From Bacteroidia bacterium (GTDB lineage: Bacteria > Bacteroidota > Bacteroidia > B-17B0 > Aurantibacillaceae), in NCBI GenBank assembly GCA_021740825.1, contig JAIOZA010000008.1:39864-103863 (forward strand): DNA of 64,000 bases, read 5' to 3'. Positions 51,266 to 61,048 of the stretch are shown here, piece by piece (the stretch's first letter is position 1; the number at the start of each line of letters is the position of its first letter). The translations under genes and the position numbers were made by a program. The notes beneath the pieces were generated by a model. It was not told the DNA's origin. It made no database searches and worked only from the letters and a program-made list of their open reading frames with translations.

Positions 51266-53800
51266 TTAATCTTTAAATACATGAAAAAATCCATTCAATT
51301 TTCTTCCATCAGATACATTAAGAACATAAAAGTAAGTTCCATCACTTAAAATAGGTGACCAATCATTTTTATAATCATCACTAGTATATAATTTATTTCC
51401 CCATCTACTGAACACATTTAATGATGAGCCAGGGAAATATTCTAATCCATTAATTCTAAAGAAATCATTTATGCCATCTCCGTTAGGAGTAACAACGTTA
51501 GGAGCTAAAATGTTGCAATCTATACTATTAATATCAATTGCCAAAGTATCTGTATATAAACATTGATCGGTAACTACAATGGTGTATGAGCCATTGCTTG
51601 GAGTTAAGCTCTGCGTAAAATAAAATGTATAGTTAGTCGTATCAAACGGAACAATACCACCACCAGGGATTAACCAACTAATTGTGTATGGTTGATTACC
51701 GCCATCTACTCTCACAGTAATTGCTTTGATAGAATCCAAACAAAATATAACTGGAGACGTATTAATAATTTGTGGCGCAGTAGTAATTAGGCTAGGGGTA
51801 AAAACTATTGTGCTAGTGCAGGAAGGCAAGCTTGAACCTATTAATGTATAAGTAGAATTTATAAGCGGAGAAACTACAATAGAATTAGTTATTGCTCCAG
51901 TGCTCCAAGTATAACTATTGGCGCCACTTGCTGTAACGGTTGTAGTTTGTCCGGCGCAGTATGGCGTGCCTGTGACAGTAAGAGTTGGCGGAGGCGTAAC
52001 GCTAACGGTATAAACGGCTGTGTTTGAGCAAGACGCAGCTATTGAACTTACCGTGTAATTTGTAGTGATAGTAGGTGAAACATTTATAGAGGAGCTATTA
52101 GAACCTGTATTCCAAGTATAACTTGTGCTGCCTGATGCTGTTAGAGTGGTGTTTTGTCCTAAACAAATAGAGTTATTTCCAGTTACAGAAAGTGATATGC
52201 CAACAACACTTACTGTTGAAACAGCAGAATTGGTGCAAGCACCATTTGCTCCTATTACCGTATAAGTTGTATTTACATTAGGACTCACAAATAAAGTATC
52301 ATTTGCAACTCCATTACTCCAAGTATAGGTTGTTGCTCCAGATGCCGTTAAAGAGGCTGTTGTGCCAATGCAAATTAAAGTGTTTGAACTAACAATTGTA
52401 GGAGTAGATACAGGATTTATAGTAATTGTTTGCGTTGTGGGCTTATTGCAAATATCATTTACTGCAATGGTAAAATTTGTTGGTGCATTTATTGGCCCAG
52501 TGTTTAAGGTGGGAGTATTTACTGGCGGTGCTGTCCAAGTGTAAGTATAAGGCGGATAACCGTTGGTTGCACCTGCATTTAGTAAAATCGAGTTTCCGGT
52601 GCAAACTGAAGTGCTATTTTGCCCAATACCAATAGGTACATAATCTTCAATGTATAAATTAAATTTTATAGAATTAGTTGATAAACAAGATAAAGTATTG
52701 GTTACAAAACTCGACATTTCAAATTTTATAGTGTCTGTCCCTTCAATTAAATTATCTTGCAGCGCATTGATATTACAAATCTTAATTGTGTCCTGGTTTG
52801 CGGCAAAAATTAATTTTGTTGGCCAAGAAAATCCCGGGTTTCCAGTTTGAATATAATCTGGACCTAATAATGCATTCCCAGTAACCTGAAGGTTAAATGA
52901 ATCTACAACAGATATATTGCCATTTCTAATAAAATAAGCACAATAGGTATTACAATCTTCCACTAAAACTGAATCAGGAATGTTTGAATTTGAATTTATT
53001 GTATAAACATTTAACGGAGGGGCGCTACTAAATGATCCGCCTTGTAAAAATACTCCAGAATCCCATACGCCATCACCACCATCAGCAATAGCAATTTTTA
53101 TATGATAGGTTTGCCCACAAATCACATTCTCTAGCGCATATAAAGCTGTTGTAATTCCATCAAATTCGCAATTAATTGTATTACCAGCATTGCTTCTGTA
53201 ATATAATGCGTTTAAACCGCCGTTCACATTATCAATCGATACTGGAGTGTTAGTTCCGGGCAAAAGCGCTACATTTTTATTCACGAAATTTCCACCAGCG
53301 GGATTAGGCCCACTTAAAAAGAAAGCAAACGCGTCATTTACTCCCGCATTTACATATTCTGGGTATTCCTCTGAACCGAAACAATATCTAAATTTAAGGG
53401 AGTCGCCGTTTGGTATAAAATCAAATTCAAGTACTGCTGCATCAAAAGTAAAAACACCAGAGACAGCATCTAATAAAGGATCGCCAGCACCAACCCAGTT
53501 TGTTCCAGTGCCACCAGAATTATTTGGACCTTGAGGGCCATTTGCATTAGCAGTAGAAGCATGACCAGTGCTTAAATAAACACCAGACGGAATTCCTAAA
53601 TTAGTGCTAGCTGTAGCAAAAAATTGAGCTATTTGCAGTGGATTGCCTGTATAGGTAATATTACTTGCAGTAACGCCATTGCCCAGCAGTACATTTTGCA
53701 CTAATTGCTGGGGAGTTAATGTTTGCGTAGTTGTTAACTGTGCTTTTATGTTAACAGAAGCAAAAAGGATAAAAACTATTATAAAATAAAATATTCTCAT
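51266..53800 (-). CDS. Choice-of-anchor-L-type surface protein with Ig-like repeats and T9SS type B C-terminal domain
   Basis: ATG 53800 gives signal peptide MRIFYFIIVFILFASVNIKAQ. The N-terminal segment LEFDFIP..D.L.F.Y.FGSEEYPEY..VNDAFAFF is typical of this family. The C-terminal motif is APNVVTPNGDGINDFF. Confidence 0.8.
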   Translation of the reverse strand: MRIFYFIIVFILFASVNIKAQLTTTQTLTPQQLVQNVLLGNGVTASNITYTGNPLQIAQFFATASTNLGIPSGVYLSTGHASTANANGPQGPNNSGGTGTNWVGAGDPLLDAVSGVFTFDAAVLEFDFIPNGDSLKFRYCFGSEEYPEYVNAGVNDAFAFFLSGPNPAGGNFVNKNVALLPGTNTPVSIDNVNGGLNALYYRSNAGNTINCEFDGITTALYALENVICGQTYHIKIAIADGGDGVWDSGVFLQGGSFSSAPPLNVYTINSNSNIPDSVLVEDCNTYCAYFIRNGNISVVDSFNLQVTGNALLGPDYIQTGNPGFSWPTKLIFAANQDTIKICNINALQDNLIEGTDTIKFEMSSFVTNTLSCLSTNSIKFNLYIEDYVPIGIGQNSTSVCTGNSILLNAGATNGYPPYTYTWTAPPVNTPTLNTGPINAPTNFTIAVNDICNKPTTQTITINPVSTPTIVSSNTLICIGTTASLTASGATTYTWSNGVANDTLFVSPNVNTTYTVIGANGACTNSAVSTVSVVGISLSVTGNNSICLGQNTTLTASGSTSYTWNTGSNSSSINVSPTITTNYTVSSIAASCSNTAVYTVSVTPPPTLTVTGTPYCAGQTTTVTASGANSYTWSTGAITNSIVVSPLINSTYTLIGSSLPSCTSTIVFTPSLITTAPQIINTSPVIFCLDSIKAITVRVDGGNQPYTISWLIPGGGIVPFDTTNYTFYFTQSLTPSNGSYTIVVTDQCLYTDTLAIDINSIDCNILAPNVVTPNGDGINDFFRINGLEYFPGSSLNVFSRWGNKLYTSDDYKNDWSPILSDGTYFYVLNVSDGRKLNGFFHVFKD

Positions 53801-53902
53801 AAATTCAAAAATAAGTGATAAACAAGTCATTAACAACTTTTTCAATCATTCAAAATGGCATTTTAAATAAAAAAAGTACATTAGTACCAAAATTTTACAA
53901 CA

Positions 53903-55288
53903 ATGGAGCAAAATCAAATACAAACCTATGTAAACGCTCATAAAGAGCGTTTCTTAAATGAACTTGTAGATTTATTAAAAATACCATCTATAAGTGCTAA
54001 GCTAGAACATAAACCCGATATGCAAAAAACAGCAGAAGCTGTAAAACAACGATTAATTGAGGCTGGTGCAGATAATGTAGAAATTTGTCAAACAAAAGGT
54101 TATCCGGTTGTTTATGGCGAAAAAATAATTGATTCATCAAAACCAACAGTAGTAGTTTATGGGCATTATGATGTACAGCCTGCCGATCCAATTAATTTAT
54201 GGGATTCACCTCCATTTGAACCTGTCATTAAAAAAACGGACATTCATCCTGAAGGCGCCATTTTTGCCCGTGGAAGTTGTGATGATAAAGGCCAAATGTA
54301 TATGCACGTAAAGGCTTTTGAAACAATGATGAAAACGAACACATTGCCTTGTAATGTGAAGTTTATGATTGAAGGCGAAGAAGAAGTTGGCTCTCCAAAT
54401 TTGGGTCCTTGGATTATTGAGAATAAAGAAAAATTAAAAGGAGATATTATTTTAATATCTGATACCTCTATCATTGCAAATGATATTCCAAGTATTGACG
54501 CCGGCTTAAGAGGCTTAGCTTATATGGAAGTTGAAGTAACTGGACCTAATAGAGACTTACACAGTGGCGTTTATGGTGGTGCTGTAGCAAATCCAATTAA
54601 TATTTTATGTAAAATGATTGCGTCTTGTCACGATGAAAATAATCATATTACTGTTCCTGGATTTTATAATAACGTACAAGAGTTAAGCTCTGAAGAAAGG
54701 TCAGAAATGGCAAAAGCCCCTTTTGAATTAGAGGCATTTAAAAAAGATTTGAATATTGATGAAGAGCGAGGGGAAAAAGGTTATTCAACAAACGAACGAA
54801 CAGGTATTCGCCCAACGCTAGATGTGAATGGCATTTGGGGAGGTTATACTGGCGAAGGAGCAAAAACAGTTTTACCTTCCGAGGCATTTGCAAAAATCTC
54901 CATGCGTTTAGTGCCAAATCAATCTTCAAAAGAAATTAGCGATTTATTTATCAAACATTTTGAGAGCATTGCACCAAAATCAGTAAAGGTAAAAGTTACT
55001 GCTCATCATGGCGGAGAACCTGTTGTGGTGCCGATTACATCGAAAGGATTTTTAGCAGCTAGCAAAGCTATGGAAGAAACTTATGGTAAAAAACCAGTAC
55101 CAACCCGCAGTGGAGGAAGTATTCCTATCGTTGCTTTATTTAAAAAGGAGTTAGGAATGGATAGTATATTATTTGGTTTTGGATTAGATAGCGATGGGTT
55201 GCATTCGCCCAACGAACACTATGGTTTATTTAATTATTACCGAGGTATTGAAACCATTCCATTGTTTTACAAATATTTTACAGCGTAA
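53903..55288 (+). CDS. M20-family metallodipeptidase
   Basis: 461 aa with YGHYDVQP, GSCDDKGQ and IEGEEEVGS metal-ligand motifs. Confidence 0.9.
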   Translation: MEQNQIQTYVNAHKERFLNELVDLLKIPSISAKLEHKPDMQKTAEAVKQRLIEAGADNVEICQTKGYPVVYGEKIIDSSKPTVVVYGHYDVQPADPINLWDSPPFEPVIKKTDIHPEGAIFARGSCDDKGQMYMHVKAFETMMKTNTLPCNVKFMIEGEEEVGSPNLGPWIIENKEKLKGDIILISDTSIIANDIPSIDAGLRGLAYMEVEVTGPNRDLHSGVYGGAVANPINILCKMIASCHDENNHITVPGFYNNVQELSSEERSEMAKAPFELEAFKKDLNIDEERGEKGYSTNERTGIRPTLDVNGIWGGYTGEGAKTVLPSEAFAKISMRLVPNQSSKEISDLFIKHFESIAPKSVKVKVTAHHGGEPVVVPITSKGFLAASKAMEETYGKKPVPTRSGGSIPIVALFKKELGMDSILFGFGLDSDGLHSPNEHYGLFNYYRGIETIPLFYKYFTA

Positions 55289-55296
55289 CACAGATC

Positions 55297-55329
55297 AACT
55301 CTGCCAGAGTTCTAAACTCTGGCAGAGTT
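55297..55329. repeat. Perfect 15-bp-stem hairpin between the dipeptidase and flavoprotein genes (REP-like, possibly a terminator)
   Basis: aactctgccagagtt-cta-aactctggcagagtt has arms that are exact reverse complements. Only a short T-run follows. Confidence 0.6.
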
Positions 55330-55336
55330 TAAAATA

Positions 55337-56596
55337 ATGGCCAAAAAAAACATAGCAATTATTGGAGGTGGCGCATCAGCTTTGATGTTGGCTTGTTCAT
55401 TAGATGCTAGTAAATACAATATTTCTATCTATGAAAAAAATGCAGCCGTAGGACGTAAATTTTTGGTTGCAGGAAAAGGCGGATTCAATTTAACGCATTC
55501 TGAAGACGTTACTCAGTTCGCAGAACGTTATCACCCAAAAAAATTTATTGAACCATTTATTGAACATTTTTCAAATACTGATTTTAGAAATTGGTTAACA
55601 TCAATTGGTATTGAAACCTACGTTGGAAGCAGTAAACGAGTGTTTCCTAAAAAAGGAATTAAACCCATTGAAGTATTAAAAGCGATTGAATCTCAACTTC
55701 AAAAAAATAAAGCTTCTGTTTTCTATAATCATACTTGGCAAGGTTGGGATAATGATGAGCTACTGTTTTCTCATCAAAATGAACTCATCAAAATAAAACC
55801 TGATGTAGTTGTTTTTGCGCTTGGCGGAGCAAGTTGGAAAGTAACAGGAAGCGACGGAAGCTGGACCTCGTACTTTAACGAAAAAGGAATTCAAATTAAG
55901 AAATTTTATCCGTCAAACTGTGCCTATAAAATTAATTGGAATTCTGCTTTTATAAAAATGCATCAAGGTAATGCTTTAAAAAATTGCGAGTTTACCTGCG
56001 GTAATATTTCACGAAAAGGCGAAGCTGTTATCACTGAATTTGGAATTGAAGGAAGCGGTATTTATCCATTGAGTGGAGAGATTAGGAAGCAACTTATTCG
56101 CCCCAACATTAGTCACCCTGAACTCGTTTCAGGGTCTCATGAGATGCTGAAACAATTTCAGCATGGCGGAGTAGCTAAATTATATATCGACTTCAAACCT
56201 GATTTATCTGTAGATGAAATTAAAAAACGTATAGAAAATAAAGGCAATTTATCTACCAAAGATGTTCTTGAAAAAAAAATAAACCTAACTTCTACTCAAG
56301 TAGAATTATTGAAACTTGCTTCTTCAAAAGAAGAATATAATGACACTCATTTTTTAAGTCAGTTACTAAAAAAATACCCATTACATATTGTAGATTTTGC
56401 TCCAATAGACGATGCTATTTCAACAGTTGGAGGATTATCTTTGGAAGAAGTAAATGAAAATTTAGAAATAAAAAAACTGTGTAATACCTATGTAATAGGG
56501 GAAATGCTTGATTGGGATGCGCCTACCGGCGGTTATTTATTACAAGCTTGTTTTAGTATGGGTAAATTTTTGGCCGATAAATTAAACGTAAAATAG
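55337..56596 (+). CDS. FAD-dependent flavoprotein of the BaiN/HI0933 family, carrying an in-frame repeat-element insertion
   Basis: 419 aa. It has the N-terminal IAIIGGGASALM dinucleotide-binding motif and the C-terminal GEMLDWDAPTGGYLLQ segment typical of the family. Confidence 0.85.
   Translation: MAKKNIAIIGGGASALMLACSLDASKYNISIYEKNAAVGRKFLVAGKGGFNLTHSEDVTQFAERYHPKKFIEPFIEHFSNTDFRNWLTSIGIETYVGSSKRVFPKKGIKPIEVLKAIESQLQKNKASVFYNHTWQGWDNDELLFSHQNELIKIKPDVVVFALGGASWKVTGSDGSWTSYFNEKGIQIKKFYPSNCAYKINWNSAFIKMHQGNALKNCEFTCGNISRKGEAVITEFGIEGSGIYPLSGEIRKQLIRPNISHPELVSGSHEMLKQFQHGGVAKLYIDFKPDLSVDEIKKRIENKGNLSTKDVLEKKINLTSTQVELLKLASSKEEYNDTHFLSQLLKKYPLHIVDFAPIDDAISTVGGLSLEEVNENLEIKKLCNTYVIGEMLDWDAPTGGYLLQACFSMGKFLADKLNVK
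56111..56166. repeat. REP-like double-hairpin palindromic element inside the flavoprotein CDS
   Basis: One hairpin is ACCCTGAA-ctcgt-TTCAGGGT (56115-56135). The other is ATGCTGAAA-caa-TTTCAGCAT (56144-56164). The stretch is translated as HPELVSGSHEMLKQFQH. Confidence 0.6.
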
Positions 56597-56608
56597 ATTT
56601 AGTTTATA

Positions 56609-59600
56609 TTACTCTATAATTACTTTTATACTATTTGTTTTACTATTGTTTGTAAAATTGAGTATGTATAATCCACTTCCAAATGCACTTAAATTAATTT
56701 CCTTTTTAAGACTACCATTAAAATCAATTAACTGCTCAGAGTAAATTTTTTTGCCAATAGCATTGAATATTTCTAAGTGATAATTTTCTTTGATGGCTGA
56801 AAATAAATTAAGAGTAATGTTTCCTGAACTAGGGTTTGGATATACAGTAATTTTCGCATCATTAATAAGGTTATTTACCGAAGTAATTACCGAATTTGAA
56901 ATATTAATATTGTCTAAATAAATTGCTTGACCATAAAAACCCCTGTTTTGAAATGATACCATTACATTAGGATCGCCAGCATACGCTGATAAATCAATTG
57001 TATCTCTTTTCCATTGCGTTGCTGTTGGAATGAAAATGGAGCTTGATTTATCGGGAGCTGTTGCTAAATTGGTATTGCCTTTAATGTAAACTTGTGTATA
57101 GCTATAACCACAGTCATTTGATACTAGAACAGCAAGCGTATCTGTATAGGTATTATCATACCTAGCATATGCTCTATCAAATAGGAGTAACGGATGGCTT
57201 GAAAAACTAAAATCAAATTTCGGCGTTCTCAATTCGTCGCGTTTTCTATTAACATCATTATTAAAATTGTCAAAGTAAACAGATTGTGAACTAGTTCCAA
57301 ATCCCCCTGCTAAAAGGCTATGTTCCCAAATAACCCCATCATTTCCTTGGTCGTAGTTTTCCCAGTTACTAGGCGTAGCTGATGCTGTAAACCCTTCAGA
57401 GAAAGGTATTGCTTGGGGTATTGTAACATTAATGAAAGATGTTTTAGTGATAGAATTTGAGCCGTTGCTATTTGAGATGGTGAGTGTAACATTATAAATT
57501 CCGGTTGCTGAATAGGATATTGTTGGATTTGGTAAAGTTGAAGTTGAAGGCGATCCTCCTGCAAATGTCCAGTTCCAAGTTGTAGGGTTGCCGATGCTTA
57601 AATCAGTAAAAGCTACAGATTGATTAACACATATAGTATTTGTATTGGCTGCAAAATCAGGGGCAGGAGCAAAGCTTGTATTGATGGGTAGTTCCCAAAC
57701 TCCTCTGCCATAATATGCAACGCGCAATAAGCTTGCTGCTGTGCCAGGATTGTATAACATAAAATCTCTTATAGATGCAATTGAAGGTAAGTTGTAAGAA
57801 ATATTTATCCAATTTGTCATGGTAGCATCTTTGTAATAAACAGCATTTGCTGAACAGATATAAATTGTTTCATTAGGACTAAATTCGTCGTGATAAATTT
57901 TTAAAATATTAACTAGGGGTAAATTGGATGAAACATTTGTCCATGCAGCTCCTCTGTTTGTTGAGCGGTAAACCCTACTACCACAAGAAATATAAACCAC
58001 ATTTGAATTTGTTTTTACGGTTGCAATGTTGGCAAATAAATTTGTTGACGCTGGTGTTGTGAAATTTGTAAATGTTGGAGCAGCCGACAATACATTATCG
58101 CTTCTATAGATTTTACTATTAGCTGTTATTACATAAAGCACTGAGGAATCAGCTTGTGAAGAATTTATGGCCTTAATAGTTTGATTAAATGTGCTTATTT
58201 GACTCCATGTGGGGCTGCTGTTATTTAGATTAGTAGTTATCCAAACATTTTGTTCGCCACTAAAAGCAAGTGTATTATTTTTTTTAGTGAATTCTAAAAC
58301 ACTGTTATTTGTTGCTACAAATGGCAAGTTATAACTAGTTTCAGAACTGTTAACAGGCCTTCTATCGCCAGTTTCATAATAATAAACAACATTATTTGTC
58401 AAATAATCAAAAGATGATTTACTTGTCCAATCCCCACCTCTATTTGTTCTCCATGTATTTGAATTAAAATAAAGTTCTCCGTTATCTTGAGTTCCGATGC
58501 TAATCATATCTCGTTTAATTGGGCTCTGGCTTGCATGATAAATTTCAGTGGCACCTAGTTCATCACTTTTTGGAACCCAGTTGTCTCCCGCATCATTACT
58601 AAGCCATACACCGCCATCATTAATATTAAATAATTTGTTAGGAAAATTTGGATGAAATTTAATGGCGTGCATATCTGTATGTAATTGATCCCACCAATCA
58701 GTTAATTGTGTCCAGGTAATTCCGCCATCATCACTTCTCCATACTACATGTGCAACTACAAAAACAGTATTTTCATTTAGCGGATCTGCAGTCATGCCAA
58801 AATTATAGTCGCCTTGTCCGCCTCCAGCAGCATCGTAACCAACGAGACTTTGTGCTGGGTTATTATAAATAGTTATAAAGCTAGTACCACCATCAACTGA
58901 TTTTAAAATTGTCCCTTCATCTGCTATCATTCCTAAATAAACCACATTAGGATTAGCTGCACTAACCGCTATCCGCATGCCGTTACCACTTCCTCCACCT
59001 GGAATAACAACCCCATTTGTAATCTGTGTCCAGGTACTTCCAAAGTCAGTTGAGCGCCAAAATTCCGAAAATGTGCATGCATAAAGTGTACTGGAACTTC
59101 CTGGTTTAAATTGCATATCTGTAAAATCGCCACCTGTTTTTACTAAACTCCAATTTGCCCCAGCATTGGTTGATTTATAAATTCCATTATCTGTAGCAGT
59201 AACCAAAACGTTAGTGTTAGTTGGATCCATTAAAATTTCTACCGGCAATCTATTTCCCATTCCAATGCTTGATTGCAGCCAATTCTGACCGCCATCTATA
59301 CTTTTCCAAATTCCAAAATCTGGCGAATAATAATTTGGATCGCCGGTCCCTAAATAAATAATATTATCATTTGTATAATCTATACAAGCCGATGCACAAG
59401 CCGTTGAAGGTAATTTATCTGTGCCAGTTTTTACCCATGTCAATGCGCTATCATTACTTATCCATAAACCTCCTGATGCAGTAACAGCATACATTTTAAG
59501 TGGATTTGTAGGATGAAATTTTAACTGACAAACACGACCAATGCCGTTTACTTGCCCGCTTTCATTAGTGGGAAAGAGATTTGGACCAGTTTGTTGCCAT

Positions 59601-59677
59601 GCAGTGCCAGGTTGCGAAAAACAAGAACATGAAAGTACAAGAAGAATAGCTATAGAAGTTTTGATATTAATTGACAT
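56609..59677 (-). CDS. Secreted BNR/Asp-box beta-propeller protein with PKD domain and T9SS type A C-terminal sorting domain
   Basis: ATG 59677 gives MSINIKTSIAILLVLSCSCFSQ. There are at least eight SxDxGxTW-type Asp-boxes (SIDGGQNW, STNAGANW, STDFGSTW, SDDGGITW...), a PKD module and the C-terminal VYPNPSSGNITLNL...KVIIE. Confidence 0.8.
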   Translation of the reverse strand: MSINIKTSIAILLVLSCSCFSQPGTAWQQTGPNLFPTNESGQVNGIGRVCQLKFHPTNPLKMYAVTASGGLWISNDSALTWVKTGTDKLPSTACASACIDYTNDNIIYLGTGDPNYYSPDFGIWKSIDGGQNWLQSSIGMGNRLPVEILMDPTNTNVLVTATDNGIYKSTNAGANWSLVKTGGDFTDMQFKPGSSSTLYACTFSEFWRSTDFGSTWTQITNGVVIPGGGSGNGMRIAVSAANPNVVYLGMIADEGTILKSVDGGTSFITIYNNPAQSLVGYDAAGGGQGDYNFGMTADPLNENTVFVVAHVVWRSDDGGITWTQLTDWWDQLHTDMHAIKFHPNFPNKLFNINDGGVWLSNDAGDNWVPKSDELGATEIYHASQSPIKRDMISIGTQDNGELYFNSNTWRTNRGGDWTSKSSFDYLTNNVVYYYETGDRRPVNSSETSYNLPFVATNNSVLEFTKKNNTLAFSGEQNVWITTNLNNSSPTWSQISTFNQTIKAINSSQADSSVLYVITANSKIYRSDNVLSAAPTFTNFTTPASTNLFANIATVKTNSNVVYISCGSRVYRSTNRGAAWTNVSSNLPLVNILKIYHDEFSPNETIYICSANAVYYKDATMTNWINISYNLPSIASIRDFMLYNPGTAASLLRVAYYGRGVWELPINTSFAPAPDFAANTNTICVNQSVAFTDLSIGNPTTWNWTFAGGSPSTSTLPNPTISYSATGIYNVTLTISNSNGSNSITKTSFINVTIPQAIPFSEGFTASATPSNWENYDQGNDGVIWEHSLLAGGFGTSSQSVYFDNFNNDVNRKRDELRTPKFDFSFSSHPLLLFDRAYARYDNTYTDTLAVLVSNDCGYSYTQVYIKGNTNLATAPDKSSSIFIPTATQWKRDTIDLSAYAGDPNVMVSFQNRGFYGQAIYLDNINISNSVITSVNNLINDAKITVYPNPSSGNITLNLFSAIKENYHLEIFNAIGKKIYSEQLIDFNGSLKKEINLSAFGSGLYILNFTNNSKTNSIKVIIE

Positions 59678-59712
59678 GATAATAGTATTAAAAATAAATA
59701 TATTTAATTTTT

Positions 59713-60135
59713 TTATTGCTGATCTTGCCATAATTTAAGTCGAGCATCAGCATCTAATATGCTTCCGTCTGCCTGAACGTATGGTTCTACTTTTAATTTC
59801 CAATGGTTAAATTTTTTTACATCAAGTGTATATTTTTTTATATCCTCTTCATCACGTTCTTCTTTTGTTTTAAACCAGCGACTTAAAAAATTTCTTTTTG
59901 ATGATACGTTTTTTGATTGTCCTATAACATCATTTTCTTCTAGAGGTTTTTTTCGGTTTTCCCAAAACACATCATAGGCTTTCATAGCTTCAAAATAATT
60001 CACCTTAGGATCTTTTATCATATCAATCCAATATGGTTTTTTAGAATAGTTGATTGTTTTTTTTTGATTTTGAGAAAATAGTATAATGTTAATGAGCATT
60101 ACACTTGCTGTTAAAACGATTTTTATTTTTACCAT
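59713..60135 (-). CDS. Small secreted hypothetical protein
   Basis: 140 aa with a signal peptide and a charged C-terminal half. No motif recognised. Confidence 0.5.
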   Translation of the reverse strand: MVKIKIVLTASVMLINIILFSQNQKKTINYSKKPYWIDMIKDPKVNYFEAMKAYDVFWENRKKPLEENDVIGQSKNVSSKRNFLSRWFKTKEERDEEDIKKYTLDVKKFNHWKLKVEPYVQADGSILDADARLKLWQDQQ

Positions 60136-60589
60136 TATTTTAATGTTAAAGATGTTCTAGTATTTTTAAGCTCGAAGTTAAAAAATAATTGCAAAGGATT
60201 TAGCGGTTTTGGTTTTTTGATTAAATAGTGTATGATTATAAATTATATTCGTTTGTAATGAATTATAATTTATAGGTCTCTTTTAAATTTCACTCAATTT
60301 TACATCCTCCGTTTTTGAATTCTATAAAACTTACCGAACAGAAATGATTTAGAGGGTTTGAATATTTATTAACTCAATATCCCATTTTTTTTCGAAAACT
60401 ACTTTTGTCAATTAGCTAGCTTGTGTATTTTTTTTAAACTGCAGACCCTGTTTTTAAATTGCTTCCATTTTGTGGAAAAAACATTTTTTAACTAACAATT
60501 AATCGAGTGAATGTTAGCATTTACTTATTAAATATTGGTGTTTTTTTGTAGAGGTGTCATATATTTACATATAATCTTTAACTTTTTTT

Positions 60590-60997
60590 ATGAAAAACTT
60601 CTATTTTACTTTTTTTATAACGCTGTTTACTTTTCTTAGCTCTGAACAGTCTATTGCTCAGGAAATAAATCCAAAAATTCAAGAAGTTTATGGCAACATG
60701 ACTGAACAAATTGCGCAAAACGAGCCAGATAGAATTAAAGCACTAAACGATTTATTAGAAAATAGAATTAAGATTGTTAACTCTCCTATTGTAGGAGACG
60801 ACAAATACACTAAATTATCTAGTGTGCCCCTATTAAATAAATATAATCCTAACTTAGAAAGGGATAAAGAATTTGATCCGGAAAACTTTAATGCATTAAA
60901 ATACAATATGAATTTTTTTACTACACAAACTCAAGTTTACCGAGTTGATAATACTGATTTTATTATTGTAATTGAAAAACAAAGAAAAGAAAATTAA
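60590..60997 (+). CDS. Small secreted hypothetical protein
   Basis: 135 aa with signal peptide MKNFYFTFFITLFTFLSSEQSIAQ. No motif recognised. Confidence 0.5.
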   Translation: MKNFYFTFFITLFTFLSSEQSIAQEINPKIQEVYGNMTEQIAQNEPDRIKALNDLLENRIKIVNSPIVGDDKYTKLSSVPLLNKYNPNLERDKEFDPENFNALKYNMNFFTTQTQVYRVDNTDFIIVIEKQRKEN

Positions 60998-61048
60998 TCA
61001 AATCTACTTTTACTACAAAGCATAAAGAAAAAATTTTATTTAAAAATC

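Noticed and set aside
60136-60589. A 454-nt intergenic region between two divergent small secreted-protein genes, considered as a possible ncRNA or riboswitch.
   Set aside because: I saw only A/T-only weak inverted repeats (for example gattataaattata / tataatttata) and no conserved RNA motif. Divergent promoters are a sufficient explanation.
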